From NCBI GenBank assembly GCA_963693365.1, contig CAVNZM010000005.1, forward strand, positions 186,001 to 250,000: a stretch of DNA of 64,000 nt. The letters run 5' to 3'. Below the pieces are notes generated by a model that saw only the letters and a list, made by a program, of their open reading frames with translations, was not told the DNA's origin and searched no databases. The translations under genes were made by a program, and so were the position numbers. Below are positions 11,889 through 26,026 of this stretch, piece after piece; the first letter of the stretch is position 1; each line of letters starts with the position of its first letter. The stretch comes from Amoebidium appalachense (lineage: Eukaryota; Protista; Ichthyosporea).

Positions 11889-13772
11889 CGTGTGTGCGTG
11901 CACAAGTGCATGTGTGTGTATGTGTGTGTTGGGGAGGGGCCAGGGGTCGGTGTGTGTGGGTATGGTGGGCACCTTGTGTACGTGGGTGCGTCTTTGTGGG
12001 GGGAAGAGGCGGGGGAAGGGGGGGGAGGGGGGAGGGGAGGGATTGGGTATCGTGGGGCCATGCGTCTGTGTGTGTGCGCGTGTGTGTATGTGTGTGTGTG
12101 TGTGCGCGCGTGGTCCGCAGAAGGGGGGGGGGGGGGGGGGAGGGGAGGGGGGGGAGAGGAGCGGGGAGAGGGGGGAGAAGGGGGGATTGGGTATGGTGGG
12201 CCCTTTTGTGTGTGTGTGTGTTGGGGGGGGGGGCATTGCCTTCCAATGAGAGGCCCTCCAGATGCAGCATGCGCAGTTGCTCGCACTCAATTAGGGGCTC
12301 AAGGTCCGTCACAGCCACATTGGCCAGATGCAGCCAGCCCACATTGCTGAAGGCCAATGGCTCCACAGTGCTGAGCTGCAGACAGTCTGTTGCTGTGTAG
12401 CTGGTGAGTGTGTGCGGCACACTGCCTGTGCTGGGTGCCGTCAGGCCCGTGCACCTGCTGACCCCACACACCACAGGGCCCCCAGGTCTAGGGGATGGCC
12501 CGTTAGATCCATGTCCTCCAGATGCAGGCCCGTGAGCTGCTCCAGGGCTGCCAGAAAGTTCCATGGTGGGTTGGGGGTGTTGTTGAGGCTCAGTGTGCGC
12601 AGGCACTGGGCACTGGCCTGCACGCAGGGCAGGGGGCTTGTGGAGGCCAGGTGCAGGGTGCTGATCTGGGGGGAGGCCAGCTGTAGGGGGCTGGGGGTGT
12701 GCAGGCCTGCTAGGTCCACCTCCACTACAGTAGGTGGGGGCACTGCTCAAGGCCACTGGGGGGGTCGAGGGTGTGTGCCCACAGGCGCAGCACTTGTAGG
12801 TTGGGCAGGTAGGGTAGGTCGGTGAGGGTGAGGTAGTTCTTGTCCCCAAACAGGCCCAGGTGCGTCAGGTGGGTGCATGCAGCCAGGCCCCCCACATGCA
12901 CCGTGGCCTGCATGTGCTGCATGTCGATGTGCAGCGTGTGCAGGGCTGTGAGCCTGCTGGTGAAGTCCAGGTCGGCCCATGTGCTGGGCTGGGCGGTGGT
13001 GTGCTGCACACTGAGCACATGCAGGTTGGGGTAGCGGGATATCAGGGCCCCGGCAGGCAGCTCACTCGGCCAGGTGTTGCAGTTGATGCTGTGGTGGCTC
13101 ATGTGGTTGTTCCTGCTGGTAGCACGGTAGGGGGGTTGCAGTTGAATGCCAGGGACCGCAGCTGTGTGCTGTGGGGCAGCAGCGCCTGCATGTAGGCGTC
13201 AGGCACATGGTCCCCCTGACCTCCAGGGTGTGCAATGTGGCGCCCAGCACCGTGCCACTGGCCAACGTGGCGACTAGGCCGCGGCCTTGGCCCTCTCCCC
13301 CTCCCGCCAGTACGTGAGGTCCTCCGCCACGTCCACGTGCTGCATGCTGGGTGCCACACCAGCACAAATTCTAGGCACCGCATCCACATGTCACGTTCAT
13401 CCTGAGCCTTGCACGCCATATTGCTCACATATCGCCCAGGCGAAAATTCTAAAACAGAAAACGTAGGGCCCCACGCGCTCACAATGTCGGCCAGGGGGGG
13501 GGTCTCCGTTTGGGAAATTTGCCAGTACGGTGGTGAGGGTTTCGGGGATGGCCAGCTTCATGCGGCCTGCATTGGGTTGACGGGCCAGATGGGCAAAGCG
13601 GCGGCACACGGCTGACAGGCGCACGCGGTCCTGAAAGGCCACATGGCACATGATGCGCAGCACTAGCTCATCGGGGAGGCGTGCAAACCCACACACTGTG
13701 AAAACATGTGCACGTGTGTGTGTGTGTGTGTGTGTTGTTACAACCGATAACCAGGTTAGTTAGTGGTCCCAT
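11666..13772 (-). pseudogene. F-box/leucine-rich-repeat protein, multiply frameshifted (pseudogene or homopolymer assembly errors)
   Basis: F-box FARLPDELVLRIMCHVAFQDRVRLSAVCRRFAHL at 13695-13580. LRR-like segments (LTALHTLHI, LPNLQVLRL, LEQLTGLHL, CEQLRMLHL) are distributed over several overlapping frames with no introns between them. Confidence 0.75.
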
Positions 13773-13988
13773 GGCAGCAACCACATAGCCTCCCCGAGCC
13801 CTCCAATCACCAAACAGTACAACAAAGGCTGTTGTTTTCGAACCCTTTTGGGCACCATTCATCCTGTTCTTTTCCCAACTCACTCTCTCTCTCCCTCTCA
13901 ACCTTTTCCATCATTCCCATTTTCACATCGCAGCTACCGTGCAGCAGGCAAACCTCCGCCTCCCCCCCCCCCCCCCCCCCCTCCCCCC

Positions 13989-14078
<90 letters not shown>

Positions 14079-14233
14079 CACACGCACACACACACACAGC
14101 TCCTCCTTCATGTTTTATGTAAACTGTCCTGCAATAAGCCGAGTTTTTCTGTCCTTTTTTCCCGATCGAGGAGGAGGGAGTGGTGGTGGTGGTGGTGGTG
14201 GGTTGGGTTGGGGGGAGGGGGAGGGGGGGGGGG

Positions 14234-14478
14234 TTTGAATGCGGAACACGGTACGAAGTACGCATACACGACGAGAAGCATGGTGCAGGACACATGCAAA
14301 GGCAAACATTCAAGTATGCAACATCAGCCATGTGCACAGTATGCGTCATAAGCAGAGCCCATCCTCAGGGAGGACCCAAGTCATCAATTGCGTCTGAGTT
14401 TTGACCCCTTAGCCCGCGTATATACGACGCTTCAACTCAGACAGCAGCATCAGCTGAACTTGGGCGGGTCAACCCGTC

Positions 14479-14480
<2 letters not shown>
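14234..14480 (-). mobile_element. Family A element, 5'-truncated, core mutated
   Basis: Reverse complement of 9710-9941, lying between two G-tracts. The GAAA core reads AAAA (CpG to CpA change) and stem I ggag reads gaag. Confidence 0.88.
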
Positions 14481-14523
<43 letters not shown>

Positions 14524-14693
14524 AGGATATGGTACACAGCATAGGTGTTGTTAACAAGAGTAGACCCCGTGCTTGTGTGGGGTGAGCGAGTCTCGAAGTG
14601 AGTGGGCAATGATTTGGTGAGTGAGCGGATGAGTGAGAAAGTGGTGTGTGCGTGTGTGTGGATGTGTGTGTGTCGGCGGGCGGGCGGGGGGAG

Positions 14694-14727
<34 letters not shown>

Positions 14728-16008
14728 GGCTATAGCAGGAAATATCAAGCTCATAGTTCACCAGAGAGTCATCAGGCATGCATATTGCACTCCAGAGCTG
14801 TAATGGCTCCAACATACCCCCCCCCCCTCCCCACCACCACCAACGTACACACACTTTCCTCTTGTTAAAAGCTGTGCCCATCGCCAATTTCAAGATTAAA
14901 TGCCAGACAGAATAGCATACGAATTTTTGAGAGTGGGGAGGAGTATCGGCCTTGTACGTGCACAGGGGTTGAAAGAGAAACAGCAGGGCAGAACGCGAGT
15001 GCAGGCCACGTGAACACACCAACAAGGCCTCATTGGGGGGGGGGGGGGGGGGGGGGGGAAGGGAGGGAGAGGGGGCGAGAAGTCGGGAGCCTGGGGGGAA
15101 GAGAGAAAGCAAGAAAGAAAGAGAGAGAGGAGAGGGAGAAGGAGGGTAAAGGAGAGGGGGGGGAAAGGGGCAAGGGAAAGGGCGGAAATTCCTGCCGTTC
15201 ACAGGTCTAGCTACCTGCCTACCGAAACGTACAAGCAGTCAAGCGCAGAGGTGTGCACAAGCAAGCAAACAAAAAACACCCTCTCCACCCGAAGCACGAT
15301 TGGCCCAGCTGTGTGTCACGGTGCCGAGGATATTAGCAGGCACAAGAACTAAAACAAGGAAAAAGGGACGGTGCGGGTGAGCAGGAGAAAGCTGTGGTCG
15401 GAACGAGCAGGTGACACATATGAGTCCAGATGGAGGGGGAGGGAGGAGGAGGCGGGGGAGGGGGGAAGGCGGAGGGGGGGAGGGGGGGCGGGGGCGGGGG
15501 GGGGGAGGTGGTGGCACGCACCAGCCTCTGTGTCTGCGGGCTGCACAGGCTGGCCCCTTTGCCACCGCGAGGCGGACAGCCGCTGCCCGGGGCTGAGGTT
15601 CACGTTGCCCATAATAGGCAGGTGGAGAGAGTGGACGTGACTGAAGACGCGTGGGAAATGTTCACCCTGTCTCCGCAGCTAGGCTGAGTTGCAGTGGCAC
15701 ATGCAGGCGGATGAAGCTTATTAGCAAGGGCGCAGCGCCCGCGTGTGTGTGTGTCGTGTGTGAGGGTGAATGTGTGGGTGTGTGCAGGTGCTCTGTGTGT
15801 ACAAAACTCGCTCACAGTTACCAGCAAAAAAAAAATAAAAACAGTTATTAGCACGGTGGACAGCTGTGCTGGTAGACAGGCCTGCAGGTCCAGCACCGTT
15901 CGTGTTCCAGGGTTTGAAATATGGTTTCTTTGGGGATTTTCCCGCCATTTCCCCTCTTGTAGCCGTGAACAACTCCAGCCTCGCCGTTCTCAAGGGGAGG
16001 GGTGGTGT

Positions 16009-16066
<58 letters not shown>

Positions 16067-17122
16067 GGGAGGGGCGGGGGGAGGTGCTGTTTATTCAAGA
16101 CCGTTGCCCACCTGCACGTGCACAGGGTGCCACCTTCCTTGACCGTCGGCCTGCAGGATCCTATTTTGAGCCCTTCACCTGCCCTCCTGCTGCAGTGGAG
16201 AATTGAAAAACGTGCTCGCCCTCGACCACAAGCCTTCGATTCACTGACCACCCCATGTGCTTGCAGGAAAACAACAATAGTGAATGCAGCCCCCCCCCCC
16301 CCCCCCCCCCCCCCCTCCCCCCCCCCCCCCCCCCCTCCCCCCCCCCCCCCTCTCCCCGTCCCCCCCGGGGGCCTCACACTAAGTAACGAACACACCAAGT
16401 CACACAATTCACAAGCTGCCCCTTTAGAAATTCATACGGTAAGAGGTGTGAGCTCAGCGGCCTGAGGCTTGTCACCTTTGAGGCGCAATGTTGGGAAAGA
16501 GGGGTGAGAGAGAGAGGGGGGGGGAAGGGGGGAGAGAGAGACGGAGGGGGGGGGGGGGGGGAGAGAGGGAGAAGCGAAGGGAGAAGGGAATGGGCGCGCG
16601 GGGGGGTGAGAGGAGAGTTAGGGGGAGGGGGAGGGGGAGAGAGGGGGAGGGAGGGGGAGAGGGGGAGGGGGAGAGAGAGAGAGAGAGGGAGGTAGGGAGA
16701 GTGGGGTGGGGAAGAGAGAGAGGGAGGGGGGGGGGGGGGGGGGGGGGGGAGGGGGCACTCAGAGAGATGGGGGGAAACTTATTTAGTCACGAAGCAACGA
16801 CGCCATATACACAAAATATGCTACTTTTACTTGCATTCAAATTCTGAGCCCCGCCTGGAGGCTGTCCGTTACCACCAAGGTTCCCTCGCAGCTGTGGGTG
16901 CCGAACCCAGCAGGTATACTTTGAATGAGTATGCACGTGTGCCAGCTGTCTGCTTCTTGTGAGTAAAAGCCGTCAGAAACCGTGACAGAAACCGTGAATG
17001 GTTTTTGTACTGTATCCATTTGCCCACGTGCGTGTGGCACTGCGTGTGCGTGCGTGCCTGTGTGTGTTGCGCCGTCTGCCTGTGCGTGTATGCTAAGGGA
17101 AAATTGTGAGTGTGTGTGTGTG

Positions 17123-17202
<80 letters not shown>

Positions 17203-18496
17203 CGGGTGTGTGTGTGTGTGTGTTAGAGGGCGGGGAGGGGGGTGATGGTGGTGGTGATGGTGAGGGGGGGGGGTGGGGGGGGGGGGTAGTCCCCGTGACA
17301 GTGTTCAGACGGCCGCGCCTTGACATCTTGAACCGGGCTAGCGTTTGTGAATGTGGTAACCACCGGATCCGCCGCTTTTAACGGCCACATAGGCTTCCTT
17401 TGCCTGCGATGCAGCGGGTTCAAGGAGAGTTACATGTTGGGAGGGCCTACAATTTTTTTTTTCGCACACATCCTAATACATCATGTGGTACAAGGCCTGT
17501 CTCGCAGCAATCAAGCTCTTTTCAGGAATATGGCCTGACACGTACTGACGGTGTCACGCGCCATCTCGCCTCGTCGACGCCGATTTTTCCTCCCTTCTTC
17601 GCAGCCCGCAGCCGTTTTTCTTCGCAGCCTTCCTTCTTCGATTTCGCGTACACAGATAGGCATTGTCTTTACTAGCGAGACATTTCTGCTGAGGTAGGAA
17701 GGAAAATGAGGCACCACCTCAGTGGTAGGAATATGGCTGCTTCTTTTCGTTTTCAAGTTCTGGCAGCTAGTTCTGGCTGGTTCTGCAGTTCTCGACGTGG
17801 TCCGACTCAGTCACAGGCACATGCCAATGGATAAAATTGGAGGGCGGTAAAAATACCATCTCAGGATGGTGGAGTCTTGCGTGATACGGGGGCCCATGGG
17901 GGAGGAAGTGTTGTGTTAAAAGTGAGCACACATGCGCGAGACCTAGAAACAAATAGGTTTTTATTCTTCTTATAGCCCACAAGAAACTCCCGCGTACTTT
18001 TTTTTTCGGGTTTTCGTAAGCAGCGTATGCATAAAGGCACGCTTTTACGAACAAGCCTTCAAGGTAACATCTGGGTGACTCCTACAGTACTACTAGGCTA
18101 CTGCACAGTGAGACACAACACAATATTTTGCCGCCCTCCCACCACCAACCAATCAACTCAGCATTCCTTAGCAGGCACACTACGGGGCCGGCCCAGGGGC
18201 CAGGGGCCCCACACGACTGTCAGTCGACACACAGGCACAGTCATGTCATGCTCATAGTTGCCTGCACCGGGTCCGTGAGGCCAATCGCAATATATCGTGC
18301 TCTTTACTCCCCCCAGGTGTAGTGCATTGTGGTCTTTACATAACCAGCTTACCCTCCTACATTTCCATTCAGGGTGCAATAATCTGTTACAGCACCAACA
18401 ACAGCCCTGTATTGCTAGTCTTCACCTAACCTATACTTCGGTATTCCAAGTGTAGCTTTCAGACACCACGTCCAAACCCCCACCAGCCCAGGCACC

Positions 18497-19656
18497 ATGA
18501 AGCTGTCTAGCGCCAAGCTCTCCTCGTCAATGACAAACCTAAGTCGTTCGCTGGGTCTCAGCCAGCAATCCAGCGTAGTCATACCGCAGACAAGGTACTT
18601 AGGGTTTGCAGGGTGTCTTGGTTCTGTGTGTCCTTGGTGCTACCCCAGTTGTGGTGAGAAACGAGAACTTGCAGTTGTAGTCACACAACATTTGCATGCA
18701 GCCAAGGCACCGGGGGACTAGTAGCCGTTACCCTGCCAAACGCACCTACGTGTACCCGATTCTTTGTTCTTATCTGCGCAGTCACCACCCAGTGGTTTAA
18801 ACATAGCCAGTGCATAGGCCCCTAGTGGGTTCTCTTATCTCTGTGTGTTTGTGGTGCACACGTGGTTTGCTGCCTTCGCATATTCCGGCAGCCACTCCCT
18901 TAAAACTGGCTTGCAGTTCTCCACTGTAGAGCGTACACCTTTGGCAGTGGTCTCACACTCAGTCCCCTACTTCCCTCCACTCCTACCTCCCTCCCTCCAA
19001 CCCCCTCCCCCACGTACCAACAGACCTTACATGCACACACGCAGCTATATGCTGTTGCTAAAACTAGCCGTGGCCCTGATCACACCGCCTCCTAACCAAC
19101 CCTTCCCCCCCCCCCCCCCCTCCCCCCCCCCCCCCTCCGGCGGCCTCCTTGCCCCTCCTCATACTCACGCTTTAACCCTACTGCTCCCTCCCTCAGTGGC
19201 CAAACCATCTATGAAAACCCACCACCGATCGAGCAAGTGGCAACACAGTTCCGTGCACAACGTGCATATGTCAGTGGGGAGAATAACGGCATAGTGTTCT
19301 ATGAGCGCCACAAGGGGGCCAACACGGATGTTGTGCTTTCAATGGATGAGACGGGCATGAGTGTGTTCACTATTGACCACAAGAGCCAGAGCCACTACGC
19401 ATACAGCAACATGAACAACATATCACACACAAGAACAGCAAACGGCAACTTTTTGGTATGTGGGTGTCTTGGGATCCAGTACTTGACAGCATGTTTTTTT
19501 CCTTTTGCCACACAGGAACAAACTGGCTCGCAAGTTACACTGCATACGGGAGGGGGGGGGGGGGGGGGGGGGGGGGAGGGGGGGGCAGATGGTGTGGTCA
19601 GGTCTTGTTGATATAGTGTCCTGCCGGCACAATCTTTTCAATTTTTGAACGCGGCA

Positions 19657-19690
<34 letters not shown>

Positions 19691-19842
19691 AACACGTGCT
19701 CCCCCAGGCCATCCGAATGAAGGATGGGGAGCGTGCAGTGTTTTTCAGCAAACAGACAGATGCAATTAAGGCCTCTCTCGTGGCTCACCTCAACAGCCAC
19801 ACAAGCATCAAGTTTGGAACGTACCAGAACAACTACTCGTAA
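18497..19842 (+). CDS. Small (~163 aa) protein with probable PH/PTB-like fold
   Basis: Phase-consistent exons 18497-18594, 19197-19455, 19708-19842. Beta-rich VVLSMDETGMSVF..YAYSNMNNISH..FLAIRMKDGERAVFFS followed by a C-terminal helix (QTDAIKASLVAHLN). Fold assignment is inference. Confidence 0.65.
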
Positions 19843-19875
<33 letters not shown>

Positions 19876-20201
19876 ATAGGGAGATTATGGAATGTATGAA
19901 GAATATTTTAGGTTAAGACAGAAAAGGTGAAATATGGTTGGTGGGTGTGTAAGGATTGCTGGGCTTTAAAAAATTAACCTGGACCAACAAAGCAATGGTT
20001 TTTACATTTTTCTTTGTACACGATGAAATAATTTCTGGATTTCACAACGAAATAGAATGCTTTACTTATGTTTCGTTGACCCGTTGGGAAAGAAAGATTT
20101 CGGCCAAGTGGACATAGAGGTAGTGCAAAGTCACTTGAGTTATGCTTGTAATGACGTGCATGTGAGATGTAAATCGGTTTCAACACACACACACACACAC
20201 G

Positions 20202-20234
<33 letters not shown>

Positions 20235-20283
20235 ACACGCACACGCACACGCACACGCACACGCACACGCACACGCGCGCGCG

Positions 20284-20315
<32 letters not shown>

Positions 20316-20847
20316 GACACGCGTGCTCGCACATACACACACATGCCCGCATGCAAGCAAGCAAATATAAAACACAAACCGTAGTGCGGGCACACACATA
20401 CACCGGCATACGTTTAAAGCTCAAAAACAACACCATGCACACATGCACAAATGCAAATGTGCACAAATGCACATGCCCAAAGAAACACACAGAACACACA
20501 CACACTCCCAAACACACACAGGCACATGCACAGACACCATTAAGAGAAACACATATGCAGCCTAGTTACCGTGCACAATACACCATACCACAACAATCTT
20601 TTCCTCGTCTTTTACACCAGTTTTTCTTTATGATGGTCACACCTCACATACGCACCATCAATGTTGTGTTAACATATAGTCGTAAATGATCTATCAGCCA
20701 GCCTGGAATAAATTGTAAAGTGGTTGGCCTGCAATAAGATGTGTGGGATATTCACATGAGAGCAATGGTGTGCATTTTCTTTCTCAAGGAAAGGGGTGTG
20801 CCCAACTCAGAGAGTGTGTGTTTGTGTGTGTGGTGGTGGTGGTGTGT

Positions 20848-20918
<71 letters not shown>

Positions 20919-21261
20919 GGGGGGGGGGGGGCAGCTGTGTGTGATAATGATTGCGGTGAACTTGTATGGGAGGAGATTCAAACTACTGGGGGAATGTCCA
21001 TCTCTCTTACACATTGTGTACATATGTGTTAGTGCCGGCGTGTGTGGTTGGGTAGTTGTTGTTTGGGTGGGCAGGTGTATGAATGTGTGCGCATGCATGC
21101 ACACACAAGCCCACGAGGGAGTGCTTAGCCTACGGGAGAGGGGGGGGGGAAAGGGGGGGATGGGACATCTACAGTCCAGGTTGAACATTTCCTGGCCCAA
21201 CTTATTCAATATTGCCGACGTCGGGATAAGTATCCTTACACTCACACGCACTCTCACACTC

Positions 21262-21297
<36 letters not shown>

Positions 21298-21342
21298 CAC
21301 ACACACATACACACGCACGCACACACACATCACACAGGCCGG

Positions 21343-21383
<41 letters not shown>

Positions 21384-21714
21384 CCCCTCCCCCCCCCCCC
21401 CCCCCCTTCTCTCTCACAAAAAAACAGACAGACAAACAAACACCAACACAAATGCAAACACAAGCACACGCACACGAGCACACAAATCTAAACACAGGCG
21501 CACCTATCGGGCCCTTTCCGAATCTGAGGCTGTGTGGGTGAGTCTTCGACTTTGCACAGCATGGGATAGCGTGGGGGAGTGCAAAAAAAAAAAAAAAAAA
21601 AGAGTGATTGTGATGGTGTCCATGTGTCTGCATGTGTATAACGAATGTCTCGGGATGTGCACATAGTATAGTCTGTGTGCACGTGCATCCCCGCTGCATA
21701 TATATGCATATATA

Positions 21715-21743
21715 TATATGCATGCAATATATATATATATATG

Positions 21744-21795
<52 letters not shown>
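21715..21795. repeat. (TA)n microsatellite
   Basis: Direct reading. Confidence 0.95.
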
Positions 21796-21798
<3 letters not shown>

Positions 21799-21949
21799 TG
21801 CATGCCTCCAGAAAAGGGGGTCGGCAGTCGATGGCTTATCAAAAAGGCATGACACCAACACTCCATTTGCCCCACTCTGCACAGCACAGCACAGCACGTG
21901 TCCTTTTGTGTATGGTGGTGGTGGTGGTGGTGGTGTGTGTGGTGTGTGT

Positions 21950-21980
<31 letters not shown>

Positions 21981-22093
21981 TGAGCACGGCCAAAAAAAGA
22001 GGGGGGGGGGGGGGGGGGAGGGGGAGGCAACTGTTATTGAGGCAGGGGAGCGTTGTTTGAGTTTTTTTTTTCGAAAGGTCAAGTTTTTGTTGT

Positions 22094-22140
<47 letters not shown>

Positions 22141-22149
22141 GTGTGCGTG

Positions 22150-22212
<63 letters not shown>

Positions 22213-22632
22213 CAGTGTGCGTGTGTGTGTGTGTGTGTGTGCGTGTATGTGTGTGTGTGTGTGTAACGTGTGTATGTTTGGGGAAGGATGGCCGGGAGGG
22301 GGGGGGAGAGGGAGGGGGGAGGCTACTCTTTTACGGCACCTGATCAGGCCACTGAGTATCGAGGCAGTGTGCACGTGCTGTGATGCCTCTGCTGCAGCTG
22401 GGCAGTGTGAGGACTCATATGCATGCCTCCCCCCAGCACACCATATGCTAGCACTTATCTGCAGACCGTGGGATAAGATGCATAGTTTGTCCAATTGGGC
22501 TTCCGACCCGGAGGCTCGTTCTCTGTAGGTAGCACTTTCGCAGCTATATATGCTCTATATTTGTTCGCTTTTTTCTGTTTTTGATTTTGCGATTGGCGTG
22601 CAACCGCGTGTGTGCGTCTGGATGTGGAGGGG

Positions 22633-22665
<33 letters not shown>

Positions 22666-23068
22666 GCTTTAATACGTGGCTTCGGACCACAGAATTTGGT
22701 AGCATTTTAAGAAGTTGTGACATTGAAATGTACCTTCGCAAATAAAGAAAGGTCGAAAAGGGGAGGATGGCAAGCACTTAAGGAGGGTGGCCACTGTCAT
22801 GAGCCAGTGTCCCTATTGCCTGGCTTGCATTTCAGTGGTCGTTCCGCCTGACCAAGGTGTACCCCGTGCTCTTTGGTTCATCAGTGAAGGAGGTGGTTCA
22901 CTGTGACATACCAAACGCTGTCTCTTGGGGATTTTATCGCAGCATTTACAAGTATTACCTGTTTGATCAGCATGCACGGTGACACAGCGCTCCGGGTCTG
23001 CAGGTACAGACGGCGGCAAAGAATTAATACTTCTTCTTCTTCGTCTTCTTCTTCTTTTTTTTCCCCAT

Positions 23069-23160
23069 TTTTTTTCCAGAGGGATCCTCCCAGGGGCCTC
23101 ATAGGGACTAACATTCCGCCTTCCACACAGCACGGACTGTACCGCCGCTAGAGGTGCAAT
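23069..23160. repeat. Dispersed conserved motif family E, copy 1
   Basis: ccagagg..ccaggggc(c)ctcatagg.act..ccg.cttc..agcac.gactgt..gcta.aggtgcaat is shared with 23895-23987. Confidence 0.6.
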
Positions 23161-23370
23161 CGGCTAAGCTAACATGTGTTACCAAACCTAACTGCTCGGC
23201 ACATGCCTAGCCCAGGGTTTACATATCAGCCTCGTTGGTGGGTGGAGTGGATCACTTCAGTTTGTGGTAGTTTGACCGGCGGTGGTGCCGTGTGTCACGG
23301 GGTGTGTGTGTGTGCGTGTGCGTGATCTGTGTGTGCATTTCCGTGTGCGCGCGTGCGTGCATGCGTGTGC

Positions 23371-23471
<101 letters not shown>

Positions 23472-23679
23472 TGTGTGTGTGTGCATGTATGTGCGTGTGT
23501 GCGTGTGCACGAGCGCGAGCGCATATGTGTGTGTGCTGCGCGCATGTTCTTTTATTTTGTTTTTCGTTTCTTTTTTTTTTCCCTTTCTTCAAGGCCTTAT
23601 TTTTTTCTTTCTTTCTGTATTTCTTTTTTTCTTTTCGTGGTGGTGGTGGTGGTGGTGGTGGTTTTTTTTTTTTTTTTTT

Positions 23680-23745
<66 letters not shown>

Positions 23746-23894
23746 CTGCCCGCCCGCCCGCCTGCCCGCTCGTCTGCCCGCCCGCCCACTCTCCACTCGA
23801 GCTCCTCTTCTCAGTTTTGCAAAGGTGCCTCGGAAGTTCCACTATTGCCCAACCAATGGTTTTTTTTCCCTTAAAAAAGAAAATCCGTCACTTC

Positions 23895-23987
23895 CCAGAG
23901 GAGCCCCCCCAGGGGGCCCTCATAGGAACTACCGTCTTCACAAAGCACCGACTGTGCCCTAGTTTTATAGGGTGCTAAAGGTGCAAT
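23895..23987. repeat. Dispersed conserved motif family E, copy 2
   Basis: Diverged copy of 23069-23160 with retained hairpins (gccccc/gggggc; agcacc/ggtgct). Confidence 0.6.
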
Positions 23988-24305
23988 AAGCAAGGTTGCC
24001 CAACTAATGCACTGCGAAGCTTTCACCTTTCTATTAGGGTCATATTCTGCACTGCTGCCTTGTAGTGGTACCCGCTCCCAGAAGACCTATATACCTACTT
24101 TCTAGAATCAGTCTGAGCCCGTCAAACAGATAAGGCAGAACGATGGACTAAATACGTGACAAAGAGACTAGGGCTGTTAATTTATTAAGTATTGCAAAGA
24201 CTGGGGGGTCCGGTTAGTATGACACTAGTGCAAAGCTGCCAAGCTGTGTACTACTATGCAAACATCCCCCTTCCCCCCCCCCCCCCCTTCCCCCCCCCCC
24301 CCCCT

Positions 24306-24349
<44 letters not shown>

Positions 24350-24779
24350 ACCCCTACCCCAACACCACCACCACCACCACCCACCCACCCACCGATCGCG
24401 ACAGCCTATGCAGAAGCACACTAGAGTGCACCGACAGAAGAGGGAAAAGGGGAATGGTTGTGAAGTGTTCGGAGGATATGCGCTGAGCGAGAGAGAAAGA
24501 GAGAAAGCCAGCCTGCCTCAGATACCTCAGAGGTGTGCTGCCGTGTAGACTCCAATCCATCATTTTCCCCCCAGCTACCACCTGCTGCATGGTGCTCAGA
24601 GTGTCTCCAATGCCCGGTGTTCACTCGCCCCACCCCTTCCCCACAGCTTCCTTTCCCTCCCCCCCCCCCCCCCCCCCTCCCCCAGCCTCCCCCCCTCCCC
24701 CCGTCCCCCCCCCCCCCCCCCTCCCTCCAAAAAAAGAAAAAAAAGCTAAACCGAGCACACAAACGCACATGCGAGCGCG

Positions 24780-24867
<88 letters not shown>

Positions 24868-25304
24868 GTTACACACACACACACATGATCATGGGTACGA
24901 TAACGTTGTCCTTGAATCCGACGATTTAAAACGCTGGTAGGAGCGAGGAAGAAGTTTATAGGTGGGGATAAGACTATGGGGATATACTCGAGAGAAAGAA
25001 GGTTTGTTTTTGTGGGGTGGGGGGGGGGGGGGGGGGGGGAAGAGTGCTGTTGGTGGAAGGTGGTTGGTAGTGGTTAGGGGCGGGAGGGAGCCTCGGGGAG
25101 GGGGGAAGGGGGTTTCTTACATCTTATGCTGCCCTGAGGCCTCAGCCTGCTCGTTTCATATTCAAAAATCACTCAGCAAGTCAGGGAGGAAGGGGAGGGG
25201 AAACACTGATGTATCGAACGAAGAAGCAAGTCTGAAATAGGGCTCAATGGGAGATCTAGAGACCCCATGGGGCATAATAGAGAGAGGGGAAACCACAGGA
25301 GGGC

Positions 25305-25335
<31 letters not shown>

Positions 25336-25990
25336 TATCACCATATATGTGCGTTGTGTTAATTTTTTCTTGTATATAGATAGGCTAAGCGTCAATGTCA
25401 CGTTTCAACAAGAGATCACTATTTAATGCAAACCGTTTATGATTATAAGCGTACCAACACTCTGATGCCATGATTCAGACATCCGACATGCAAGTGGGTA
25501 TGAATCCCCCCTCCCCCTCCCCCCTCCCCCCGGCGCATTAACTGACATAAAATAACCCCCCCCCCCCCCCCTGGCGCATTAACTGACATAAAAATCCCCC
25601 CCCCCCCCCCCCCCCCCCCCGTCTCCCCCTGGTTGAAACTCAAGCAGGCCTCAGGCTCTGGTATTGACGTATATATGGGAATATGATCATTTACTGATGT
25701 GCATGCGATAGTGAAGCACAGTACGGGGGGGTGCCGGACTTAACGAATGCACAACTTGAACAGTTAAAAGGGCTTACGGCAAGGAATAGTTTCTTTGAGC
25801 ATGTGGCTTCGAATTCCCCATTAAACGAATGCAAGAGGACCCTTGGTTTTTGCCTTATAAAAAACCCTAAAACAACTGCGTACACGTGTGTGTGATCACT
25901 GCGGCACAGAGATGCCTTAAGTCATGTGCTCGTTTTCCGCGTTTGTGTGTGTATGTGTGTGTATGTGCAAGCCATGGACTTGGTTCGGTC

Positions 25991-26026
<36 letters not shown>

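Noticed and set aside
15000-17680. Minus-strand exon-like segments (e.g. 15521-15678)
   Set aside because: Could not be joined into a stop-free model with a recognisable product; possibly a decayed gene.
18250-18380. atagttgc..ggtgcaa resembling a pistol ribozyme
   Set aside because: The pairing is not kept in the related family E copies and the pistol pseudoknot could not be built.
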